A stretch of 60,063 nucleotides of DNA, filler included, from Hausera hauseri (Eukaryota): the NCBI GenBank assembly GCA_046269625.1. It is 11 parts of 11 records of this genome, joined end to end, with 100 filler letters (N's around TTAATTAATTAA, not from the genome) between each part and the next. Parts side by side here need not be neighbours in the genome. Positions count along the whole stretch, not along the records: positions 21,169 to 28,053 come from JBJURY010055217.1; positions 28,154 to 32,711 come from JBJURY010528567.1; positions 32,812 to 37,024 come from JBJURY010697215.1; 8 more parts are not named here. One strand, 5' to 3'. Of this stretch, positions 25,481 to 37,124 are shown piece by piece. How positions within the stretch are numbered: the first letter of the stretch is position 1; each line of letters begins with the position of its first letter. Made by a program: the position numbers and the translations under genes. The notes beneath the pieces were generated by a model that searched no databases, was not told where the DNA came from, and worked only from the letters and a program-made list of their open reading frames with translations.

Positions 25481-26148
25481 GTTCCAAAATAATTTGATGC
25501 AGCTTTTGGGCGTTTAGTTGCCGATATTTTATGTCCTTTGATTCGGATTTCCGGGGAGGATAATATGTTTTTCGATAATTGTTTCAGTTCTCCGTTTGGA
25601 TATAACTCATTGTTTTCGATGTACAACTATTCCGTTTCGTGTGTACTAATTAACGATTCTCGATTGTTAGTGTGTGGTTCTATATTCCGGAAGGTTTGTA
25701 TTCTTTGATTTCCCCAGACAGGCGGTCTAGTCTTTATATTCCGCGGTTCTGTCAGCGAATACAATATTCTGGGGTCATCCACGGGCTGTCGATAACACAT
25801 TTTCTGTAGGACTCCATAACGTTTCGTTCCTTCGTAGAGGTCTTCTAAACTAATTGTCCTTTTATAGATTTCTGTCTGATACGAACTCACTGATCGTTTG
25901 TCACAGTCTTCATAGACTGGGGCAGTAGGGGGTAACATAGGCAATGGTCATTTAATGACGGGATACGTCTTGTCTCTAGTTGTTCTTGGAAGTACTTCTC
26001 CTCCCTTAGGCTCGTCATCATCTGAATTATTTCTCCGCTTATTGGTTCTTGTGAATTTCCACTTGTACAAAAACATAGGCCTTCCTTTTCGTTTACGATT
26101 ATGATAACCGACATGAAGTTCTACGTCCGATTTCCATCTATTCTCTTA

Positions 26149-28020
26149 GTTTGCTTTCAAGAACTTCCCAAAAGGCGTTATGATTGCCGTCAGTATTTTG
26201 CACGAAAATCCGGTTAATGTAAATATTTCATAGCCATTTATTACCACTTGGATTGCGGCTTTAATCATTTGTATTAGGAAATATATCACTAAGAATCCCG
26301 AAGCAGCTCGTCAAAAGATCAAGAATCTACCCCAAATTTTGTAGAGAATTTCTATGGTTACTCGTTGGTAATGATTTACACCAAGCAAGGTTTCCCATTT
26401 AGCTTGATGTCCAGTATCGTCTACTGCGGAGGCTATGGCTCGATTTAATTCATGTGTCCGCTGTCGCAGAAAAGCGAGAAATTGTCTGAGGGGTTCAATC
26501 TCCCTCGGCCTATATATGCCCTTTTACGAGATGTCTTGAAACTTATCGTCGGTAATCCCTTTTGCATGATTTGTTCCTGTTAATTTATTTGGAGTGGCAG
26601 TAATACCCCCATTTGGCAAACTACCCCAATCCGATTCACTACGCATAAACATGGGTTCTGCCAAACTTGCTTTACAATCTTTAAGGAATGTTGGTCTAGT
26701 TACATTGTCTGATAACACTCTAGTAAGCTGCGTGGCTAACCTTGGGTTATTCTGGTAGATAACGTGGAGTTCCTGTATACAATATTTTTCTTCAACGTTG
26801 ATAGGTACATCTCTTTTTTTACAAGTAATTGGACCGAAAATTCATTCTCTCATGGGAATTATTGGTGAGGCTAGTTCAGGGTTGGAATAGATAAGAGACA
26901 GTTTTGTCCTCATGATTTCCATATCAAATTTATAATCATTCGTTATCATTTTGTGATATAACTCGGTTATTCCGACTTGCCCTGTGTAATAAAAGTAATC
27001 GTCCCGGTTTTTCAGGTAATCCTAAATACGAATATCCTGCGTTTCTAGCTTGAGGGTTTTCGCATTTATTTCCGTTTCTGTGACGAAAAATGATTCATAA
27101 TTAGTGGCGAACATCACCACTTTGCAACGGGAGATCATTTCTTTCTTAATAAATTTTAATCCATGTTGGTCAATGATCATTATAGTAGACGTGGGGTGTT
27201 CTCATACGTCCTTGCATGTCCTGGAGTTGCTATCGGGTTTATCTACATACCGTTTTCCGGTGGTTGCGTTAAATTTCAATTCTTTGATTTTGACAAAATT
27301 ACAGCTTCTTTCAGAGGGAGGTTCCCATATTATAACGGAACTTCTAAAAGCACAAGTTCCGTCTTGTAAATGGCATTTTTGATTCTCGGTGTATAGTTTG
27401 GTGACGCTAAGGAACATTAGTTTCTGTACTCGTATCTTCGAGTCATAGAAATTTACGACCACTACTTTTGCTTCTAGTCCTTTTTCGGTGTCATACTCTG
27501 CTCAATTACAATATCCATTATGCATGTATAGCCTTCCAACCACTACGTTATATGCCCTAATTATCTTTCCTGGTTGCATTGCCAGTTCCATACTATCCCA
27601 TTTTAGTCTTCCGGTTCCCCTGGCCTGCTTACAATGCTGGCGTTTTAAATTAATTATGATTGGAGGAGTAGTTTGTATGATTATTGAAGAATGTCTATGC
27701 ATTAATCCACATTGAAAAATGCTACGAGATCGTCTCAGCATACATTCCATTCCATGTAACGATATCAATTCTTGTTGGTGGTACAGAAAATAACTTTTCT
27801 CTCTCATTTCTATCTTATGCGGTTTGGCATCTTCACATACATCTAAATCCATTAGAGAATATTTCCTTCCTAGTTTAAACTTATCGCAATCGCAGACAGT
27901 AACAGCACCTACATGCTTTATTAGCATCATCAAAGTGAGTAAGCTGATTAACCAATAGACTTGTGTTGTTTGTTCCATCAAATATATCATCTTTGAATTT
28001 GATATAGCTTGTAATTGCAA
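26149..28020 (-). pseudogene. Chuvirus-like (class III fusion, gB-related) envelope glycoprotein, ~620 codons, disabled by point stops only
   Basis: Signal 'VYWLISLLTLMMLIKHVGA', then 'VCDC..YSLMDLDVC', 'ECMLRRSRSIFQCGLMHRHS', 'CHLQDGTC..VIIWEPPSERSC', 'CIQELHVIYQN', 'GIYRPREIEPLR', and TM region 'KIWGRFLIF*RAASGFLVIYFLIQMIKAAIQVVINGY'. Motif order matches my recollection of chuvirus-type glycoproteins. Confidence 0.85.
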
Positions 28021-28153
28021 TGTCTGGTTCCGTCGTTACACAAGGTCCACTTTNNNNNNNNNNNNNNNNNNNNNNNNNNNNNNNNNNNNNNNNNNNNTTA
28101 ATTAATTAANNNNNNNNNNNNNNNNNNNNNNNNNNNNNNNNNNNNNNNNNNNN

Positions 28154-30841
28154 GGATCATATTGTATTCTTTCAAGATCCGGAATCGAACACCTGCATAT
28201 GGACTGGAGTGGCGAAGAAACGAACTGGATCCAACTTATGGGTCTGAAGTGTCACTTTCCTGAAGCTCTTGAGGACAAATGTTAACCCCAACACATCCAT
28301 TTTGAGATATATGTCACTGTATTCTATGATTGTTTTACACTGGAATGCATGCCAGACCTTTTGTGCATGCTTGTAATCAGCAACACTAATATCTGTGTCT
28401 GACAGCCGACTGTAAAAGTCCTTTTCGGGTGGTAATGATGTTTCATCTAGTGAACCCTATGATGTTATATAATCATATGGAAAAACTCCTTTCTTTTTGA
28501 CTAAGTAAAATGTAGCTGGAAAGAACTTTTTGTTTCCTTTAGTTTATCTGATGGAATATTCTTGACGAGGCTATTAAGTGATGAACTCAAGAAACGGAAA
28601 CTATCTATGAAGTGGAGTTTAATTTTTGCTACAAATTTGGTAATTATGACATATTTCTCTTCGCTATATGGAATCACATCAATATTCCCTTTGGTGCTTC
28701 CAAGTTCTCTGAATATTAAATAGGAATCACAGCCACTTAGATTGTGGAAAATCACAAGCAGAAATATTACAGTGCAGAAGCGTAAATTGCATGAATTTCA
28801 TGCTGCGTCTCTACACTTGCCTGTTACATGGGGATAATCACAGACCTTGTAGTTGTCTGCTGTGAATGGTTTGCAACACATGTAGCATGTTGTTGCACTT
28901 CTCCATTCGAATTGTTCTTTCGGTGATATCATCATACTTTTAGGCCTCACATTTTCAATCCTATGTGCCAAATCTTCCAGGCAATGTGCAAAATTATGTG
29001 TTGCATTTGGACCCCTGGATAAATATGGCTCCTTGTCCATTCCGTTTGAATACATGCAAAATGATGATAGTTCATGAAGTTGGTATGCAGTCGTATTACT
29101 TTGCTGTGTATTTGGGCTGCAACTCTGAACTCGACTAAGGGTAAATTCAAAGTCTCAGTATACGACAAATTTCACTTTATGTATTTTCTCACACTCTTTG
29201 AATTCAACATAATCTTATTTGGGAAATTCGGTTCTGATGCAATGATTGTTGTTGCAATACATCGTATGTTCTTCCAGCTTCTCCAGACATGAGTAACCAC
29301 TGAAATGGTGTAAGCATCGTTTGCAAATTTTAAATCCTTTCTTATGTTTTGAAATTTTACTAGACGTTTAAAATTTTTGATCCGAATGAAATGCCTCTTT
29401 TCACCATCTTCTAGCAGGAGCAGATCCATATGGTCCACTAATTCAGCTTTGCACACTTTTAAAGAACAGAATTTGTCCGTTTTATCCAATCCAAAGATAT
29501 TGATGGATATCTGGTTCACTTGCTCAAATCTTTCGATTTCATGTATTGTTGGTGGAAATGCAATACAATTGAAATCATAATTATACTGAATGTTTTGATA
29601 TATTGAAACACATGAAGCATGCTTTTGATCTTTTACGACTGTGAATTTTGAAAGAATGGAATATATGAAGCACATGTTATCGTCATTTTAAATACTGACG
29701 CATGCTTCTTTTCAGTTCAGTCCATTCTGGAAGTTTTATATAAGAGCTTCTTCGAATCGGGGAGTACTTGTGTACATGAATGATCAAACGTTTTATGGCT
29801 GCAAGAGTCAACAGGTTCATCTTACCCTGGTTCACCTCAGCTTCTTGTATGAGTTTTGCATGTTCCTCACAAAGAAATTCTGAAATATTGCTGGCTTCTA
29901 ATATTGGTTTGTTTTTCGATTTGAAAGCCCTATTTGATTCTTCGCCCTCAACATTGGTGAATATGGCCTCCACTATTAGATTAACTTTGATGGCCTTAAG
30001 CTCAATCAATTTGTCTTGTAGAATTCGGGCAGTTTCATTCTTTGAATAATCGGGGAAGTCATGCAGTGTAGTTTGCCCTGTGGCAACTATGACATATCGC
30101 CTTATTTTTGTTTTGAGTGCACGATTCTCCGGATTTCTTATTCTTCGACCTTTGGATGGGATACTGGGATTGTCTGCCATCCGTTTCAATCCTGTATGAA
30201 CAACTGGTTGTACTGATGTTATTACAGGATTGGATACATTTTGAGAAACTGGATTCTTATGTTCATTAAAAATCATCTTGTTCGATTCGGTTGTGAAACC
30301 GCACAAATGAGCTTTATGATAATCATAAAACTGTTGATAGTCTGATCTGCTCACAATTTCACATCTTGGACAGATGAAGAAGTCCAGTTTGTTGAATCTG
30401 TATGCATAATATCGTTGCACTGTACAGTGGCAGTTCTGAGAAATGTGTATACTGTATGTAAAATCACTGTACAAATTACATGAGAAATTCTAAAATAAAT
30501 GTAGTTAATTTTTCATGAGAGCTAAATTAAAAACTTGCCATTTGTGGAACATATGTCATGATGGGTTTAATCTTGTAGAAGATTTCTTTATTGGCTGTTT
30601 CATACGAAGATAGATGATGTTTATGTGCATCACACAAATCTTCATAGGTGCTTCTGCTAACTGCCTTACAAGTTGGAGATAGAAAATATTCACATCTGTT
30701 GGAACTGAAACTGAAATAAAGTTTCATCACCTTGTGACATTTGTGTTCATCATCATAAACATTTGCCAAGCAGTCTATATAGAATTTTCAATTCTAAATA
30801 AAAGGTTAATTTTCAGGACAGCAAAATTTAACACTTGCCAT
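28154..30841 (-). pseudogene. Protein-primed DNA polymerase B, N-terminal two-thirds, with two short introns and a duplicated Cys/His N-terminal domain
   Basis: 'RSSYIKLPEW', 'CFIYSIL', endonuclease VII-like 'CYMCCKPF..KVCDYPHVTGKCR', ExoII 'FHNLSGCDSY', 'FIDSFRFLSSSL', 'KGVFPYDY'. ATG|GCAAGT intron-like segments at 30838-30794 and 30538-30490. Confidence 0.88.
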
Positions 30842-32496
30842 TCGCTGAAATGATTTTTGAAATAATGAAAAATATAACCACGTCAACGCACACCGTCTCG
30901 TTTGAAGATTTATTTAAATTCCAATGTTCAATTTATTAATTTTGTAATTTCAATTTAAAATTTATTGATTTTGGAATATTCTAGAATAAAAATTGAAAAT
31001 TGTTTTAGTGCATAAACTGTATAAATTCCACAGCGCCAATTTTAACATTTCACTAAGGTTTTATTATATATAGGGAATCTAATGAATTGGTGAAATCATT
31101 CGAATAATTTGCAGTTGACTGATATTTCGAATTCGAATTGATAATTAGTAGGCAGAAAACTGGAAGTCTGCACCACCCCCATGAGGTGTACCAATCGATA
31201 AAATCAATGTGGCACATGTACCAATCGATAGTGCACATGGAGCATTATCGATCCGTAGTGTGCTAGCCGACGGTGCTGTTAGTTACCGTTGCTAGGCACA
31301 TTTTTGCACATTTCACAAATCGATAGCTGTATACTGCATAATTGATAGAATTGATCGGGACAAAGGGCTAATGGATAGTGCACATCAAGATTCATCTTGA
31401 CATGCACTGTGCAGGTGCGCAAATCAATATATCGCTTTGCAGATATTGCTAATATTGATGATTAGCACATGGAACCCGGTGCAATCGATTGAAAATACGA
31501 TGCACTATGTGAATGTAAAATTAGAATTTAAATGTATTGAGTCCATTTCGAATAATATCGATCCAAAGTGCAACTGGTGCAGACATCCCAAAGTTTTCTT
31601 AGGTCCCAAGGAGTCAAAATTCGACAAATATTTAATCGGGAACAGTTAGGAAGTGCCACATTGCAACCCGGGTCATCCATCTCAGATTTCTGAAATTCTG
31701 TGCACAACTCGAATAAATATCGATTTTTACCGATTAGTATCGATTATCTTGACATCCATAAATTTTTTGAGAAATCTGAGAGCTCGAGTCGATTCCACAT
31801 GTTTTAATGCATCTGTGGCACTTTACAGATGTGGCGCACATGTGCAAGTGTGCTTTAATGAATAATAACGGTTTTCCGATAAAACCTATAAAGTTGATTT
31901 TAGCACACAAGAAAGTGGAAATCCAAAAATGTAAAAGCGTACACACATAGAAACTAACAAGTGGTGTATCCGATTATGATATCAGATATTTGTAAAAGTC
32001 CAATACAAGTCAAACTTTTCGAATAATTGATTTTCTATTTGAATAGAAGCAAAAATCTAAAAATCTAAAAGCGTAGAGGGAGAGAAATCCATATATGGAG
32101 AATCCGAATATAACGTCAGATATTCGAATAGAGGCTTAAATAAAAAAGACGATTTTTCGATCGATTTCGAATATTCGAATAGTACCATCAGTTTCCCCAT
32201 GTCGAAAACCTGTGTAGACAAAAAATTGGGTGCGCAAAGTATTTACATGTGTCTCGAAATGAATAAAAAGTTGAAAAATTCTATAATATTCGGTCAAGCA
32301 TGCATTATTCGAAGAATCTGATGGCTTTAATCGATTCCCCATGTATGAAATCCTACTGGACGCCCAAGTGACTTTAATTTATTTGATGCATTAAAACAAA
32401 GTGTTCTAGAATGTTCGAAAATTTAAAAACCGATAAATGAGGCAGTGTGCGTTGATATGGCTGTATGTTTCATTATTCTTAAAATCGCTTCCACGA

Positions 32497-32711
32497 ATGG
32501 TGAGATTTTTATTTGTACTCCCCAAATAATTGGCTGATTTTTAGATGTACAATCTATACAAGCCGTGCTAGGCTCAAATCCACGAGCCTGGAAATTGCCA
32601 CAACGTTATGCAGAAATACTTCAGCCATCTGTACAACATGGCTGAGTATTATATATGCCCTCCCTGTGAGGCAGTGTGCTAGACCAAATATGAAGACTTT
32701 TACAATGCTCA
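32497..32711 (+). pseudogene. 5' end of a second pPolB-family gene, divergent from 28154-30841
   Basis: ATG|GTGAGA intron 32500-32544, then 'QIHEPGNCHNVMQKYF...YYICPPCEAVC*TKYEDFYNA'. Closely similar to the 5' end of the gene starting at 36901. Confidence 0.75.
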
Positions 32712-32899
32712 NNNNNNNNNNNNNNNNNNNNNNNNNNNNNNNNNNNNNNNNNNNNTTAATTAATTAANNNNNNNNNNNNNNNNNNNNNNNNNNNNNNNNN
32801 NNNNNNNNNNNAATTGATGTTGGATATTGATATGAAGTAAGTTTTTGTATACTTGTGTATATTTTATACATGTAGTACATTTCAGATTGAAAAGGCCTT

Positions 32900-35800
32900 G
32901 AGCAGACAGAATAACAAAGAATAACAATATGTACATAGTTACAATATTGCCACATGCCCGTGAGATAGTGTGTGTGGATTCCGTCTTCAAGAATGTGCCT
33001 CTTATCATCGAACCAATCGAGATTTTTCTTTTGCAACACAACTGTGGCAATCTTATGTTCCCGAGACCGGATCCTTTTCATCGCGCTGACTATGTGATTT
33101 TGCTCCCGCAACACTCTCTCAAAATCTCCAAAGCCAATGTCTTTAGCTAATGTGGCCCTTTGAACTCCTCGGCCCGCTTCTTTACCTGACCACTTACATC
33201 GATGGCGTACATTTTTGATCTCAACTCCACGAAACGGGTGATGATCTTCCAATTCGCCTTGTCTTTAAACTTCCCGAGGACCTTCTTGTTGGTAATTGAA
33301 TAATTTGGATGATCCTTCGAATAGTCTGAGGTATCCATATACTGCGGCAATTTTGCATGCTTTTCGAAGACACATCTGTGCGGATCTGGCATACGAAAAT
33401 GTCCGCGTCCATGTACATTAGCTGCAGCTCCTTGAATGTAGGGACCATGATGTTGTAATGAAAGTCATACATCAAGGTATTGGGTAGATCCAATATAGAT
33501 ATGCCCACATATATAAGCTTGTTGAACTCAAGTGATGTCTTGAGCATATGGATGTTTACCAGTTTCTCCGTGTAGACTGTGCTGCTGTGGAATTTGGGCT
33601 TAACGATGAGTTTCTTTTCCCTCTTCCAGTTACTTACCAGCTCAATGTTTATCCGGTTCCGGATGTTCTCCATAGTTTTGCCAAAGACCGAGTTGTTATA
33701 CAACTTGAATTGGTCCTTTTCAAACCCGTTCTTGGCATTGGCTGTCAACTGGGTAATAAGGTCTATGTATGGATTCAGCCATTTGGACTGGCTGAACTGC
33801 AGGGCCCCATGAATCCTGATGACTCGGAGTCCATTTTGGATGGCCTGTTGGAAATTTATGTAGTGGGCTACATACCTTTCCCTGTTTTCGAGGTGACAAA
33901 GCAGCTTCTTATGCTTACCATTTGGCGGCCTCTTGCTCTCCGGGAGAAAAGGCAGATGCTCATGCCTTGTGTGGATGCTATGTGGGTATTCCACGTCTAC
34001 CTTCAGTATGTAGCCCGTATCTCCATTGGCATCCATACCTTCAATATCCAGGAATTGCGACTGCTCCACTCACTAAAAATTATCATAGGGCAATGGGTTG
34101 CTCATTGTCCATCCATACAGATTGTTGGCATCCAGGTATGATATATATGAGGATTCCTCGGATGGATCATAATCTACCATGCATTTGTTATTGGCCTCAC
34201 TGTACCTGTGAATGGCTTGGCAGATTCCGCCCCTGATGCCTATCTCAATCATGAGGACCATATTGTAATCTTTCCAGATCTGGAGCCTTATGCTGGTATA
34301 GCGCAGCATAGCTGCCCAACTCATTCCTGGAGCTGTAAAGAAATGGGCTGAATCTAACTTGTGGCTCTTAAGGGTCACATCCCGGAAGCTTTCGAAGACA
34401 TCAGTAAGTAACAGCACATCTGTGAAGAGATAGATATCATTGTATTCCTCTATTGTCCTGCACTGGAAGATCTGCCATACTCTTTGGGCGTGCTCATAGT
34501 CAGCATCGCTAATATGACTGTATGACAACTGACTATAGACGTCCTCCTTGGCCAGTAATGAATCTTCATCCAGTGCTTTCCATGACGTTATATAGTCATA
34601 GGGGAACACTCCTTTCCGCTTCACCAAGTCAAATGTATCCGCAAAAAATCAATCCGTCTCCTTGAGCTCATCAACTAAAAGGTTCTTCACGAGGCTGTCC
34701 AGTAACGAGATCATGAAGCGGAAGCAGTCTATGAATCGAAGTCTAATGCGGCCCACATGCTTCGTGAAGGTGATGTACTTCACCTCACTATTTGGAATCA
34801 CATCAATGTTCCCCTCAAAATTACCCAATTCTCGAACAATGAAGTGGGAATCATATCCACTAAGATTGTGGAATACCACTGGAACATATGTACATGTCTT
34901 GCAGCGTAAGTTGCAATTGTTGCACACTGCGCCTCGGTACATGCCTGTAAAATGGCAGTGATCCCTGACTTTGTGATTGTCCCATGTGAATAGCTTTCTG
35001 CATAAGTAGCATGTTGATGCTTTGCGCCATTCACATTTTTCTTGCTGCGACATCACCATGTAGTCCTTATGTTGCTGCAACATGTCTTCAAGTTTGTGGG
35101 AATACTGTTCCAGACGCTGCATAAAATGTGCTGTTTCATTTACACCCTTGTATAGGTAGGGTTCTTTGTCCAGTCCTTTGGCATACATGCAATATGATGA
35201 TAACTCATGGTACTGGTATGTTGTAGTACTGCTTTGCTGTGGATTGGGGCTGCAACTGTGAACTGGACTGAGGATGGCCTCAAAATCACAATATATAACA
35301 GTCGGCACCTTCTGCATCTTCTCGAACTTTTTGAATTCCAGGTAATCCTCCTTGGGGAATTCTGCTCGGATGCAATAGTTTGTATTGCAGTAGGTTTTGT
35401 GCTCCACCAGCTTTTCTGCGGCTGTGTCTCCATTAAAATGGGTAAAACATCTTTTGCATATTTCCAGCCTTCATTTATGCTTGGATATTTGGGATCCTAC
35501 GAGGCGCTCAAAATTCTTGATCCAGATGAAATGCCTCGTTTTTCCATCATGTAGCAGGAGCAGATCCCTATGATCTTCCAATTCCTGCTTGCACACATGT
35601 AAGGGATAAAATTTGTCCTCCTCCAATCTGAAGATGTTGATGGAGATGTTGTTCACGCTTTTAAATTTCACGACTTCATCTAGACTTGGCGGGAATGAAA
35701 TACAGCTGAAGTCGTATGTGTGCTTCACTTTGTCATATATCCAAACTATGGAAGCATTATGTTGATCCTGGACTAGTTTTGACAAAACAGAATACATGAA

Positions 35801-36901
35801 GCACATGCTGTCCTCATTATGGACATTGATGCATGCCTTTTTCTTAACTATCCAATCAGGAAGCGGTATGTATGAGCTGCCTCTCATGGGAGAATACTTG
35901 TGCACATGCACAAGTAACCCCTTTATTGTTGCTAAAGTCCAACCGCTCTTCTTGTCCTGGCTTTCTTCGGCTTTACGGATAAGCCTTGCATAGTCATCTG
36001 TAATGAAATTCTTAATGTTAAAGGATTTCAATAGTGTCCTGTTCTTTGTTTTGAAGGCCCTATTAGACAGCTCCCCTTTGACATTGGTGAAGGTGGCTAC
36101 CAATTTGAAGCTCACCTTAAGGGCCTTCAGCTCCAACAAGTTGTCCTCGAGAATTCCTGCTACCTCCTCCCTTGAATATTCCAGGAAATTATGGAGCGAT
36201 GTCTACCTTACTGCTGCTATGAAGTATCGCCACACCGCTTTCTTTGGCTTTTTGATGGAGCATCTGCTACTACTTCTGATAGGCGTTTTGGTCCTGCATC
36301 AGGCCTTGCTCCCAAAGCAGGATATACAACTGGCTGTGCTGCTAAAGCAGGGTCTGCTGCCAAAGCTGGATGCTGGCCATTAAATATGACCCTTTTTGGC
36401 TTTGAATTGAAGTCTGTCAAATGAGCAATATAATCTTTGTAAAACTGCATGTATTCTCCATAGCATACAACCTCACATCCAGGGCAAATATAATAGAGGA
36501 GTCTACTGAATTTGTATTCATAATAGCTCCTCATGACATTGTGGAAATTCTGAGGGTTGTGTATTACACATGTGCAATAAACATATGAACTGCATCTTTG
36601 ATTTTTCTTTGGCACGAAAGTCTTTATTAGCATATTGGTACTGAATATTTATTTTTTCAACTTAGTGAAGGAAATCAAGTGCTGTTTATGGGCATTGTAA
36701 AAGTCTTCATAATTGGTTTGGCACATTACCTTACATGTAGGGCATATACAATACTAAACCCTGTTGTACATATGGCCAAAGTACTTCTTCATAACACTGT
36801 GGCAATTTTTCAGCTCGTGGATTTGAGCCAAAAATTCGCTGTAAAGTTAGCACATCTAAAATCAATCAATTATTTGAGGAGCACAATTAAAAACTCACCA
36901 T
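32900..36901 (-). pseudogene. Near-complete protein-primed DNA polymerase B (Polinton/adintovirus type) with few frameshifts
   Basis: ExoI 'VIYCDFE', endonuclease VII-like 'CYLC..VRDHCHFTGMYRGAVCNNCN', ExoII 'FHNLSGYDSHF', motif A 'YLDANNLYG', motif B 'KLYNNSVFGKT', motif C mutated to 'YMDAD', 'FDDKR'. ATG|GTGAGT intron 36898-36856. Confidence 0.93.
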
Positions 36902-37124
36902 TCGTTGAAGTGATTTTGGAAATAATTAAAAATATAGTCATACCACCATGTACTGCCAAGCTTACTGATTGGTTTTAATGTGCTTTTGATTTAATGCATC
37001 AGTTAAATTAAATAAAATTCGGCGNNNNNNNNNNNNNNNNNNNNNNNNNNNNNNNNNNNNNNNNNNNNTTAATTAATTAANNNNNNNNNNNNNNNNNNNN
37101 NNNNNNNNNNNNNNNNNNNNNNNN

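Noticed and set aside
25627-28020. Alternative genetic code or programmed readthrough, since several TGA stops fall at expected Gly positions
   Set aside because: TAA and TAG stops occur in the same frame and the RT site is also mutated (YLDN), so neutral decay is the simpler explanation.
33548-34141. 197-aa plus-strand ORF and similar ones (4336-4641, 54625-55083, 36003-36383)
   Set aside because: Antisense shadows of identifiable coding sequence on the opposite strand.
36290-36375. PALAA peptide repeats in pPolB as a functional domain
   Set aside because: Short local tandem duplication in a variable linker that differs in the paralogue at ~30190-30260.
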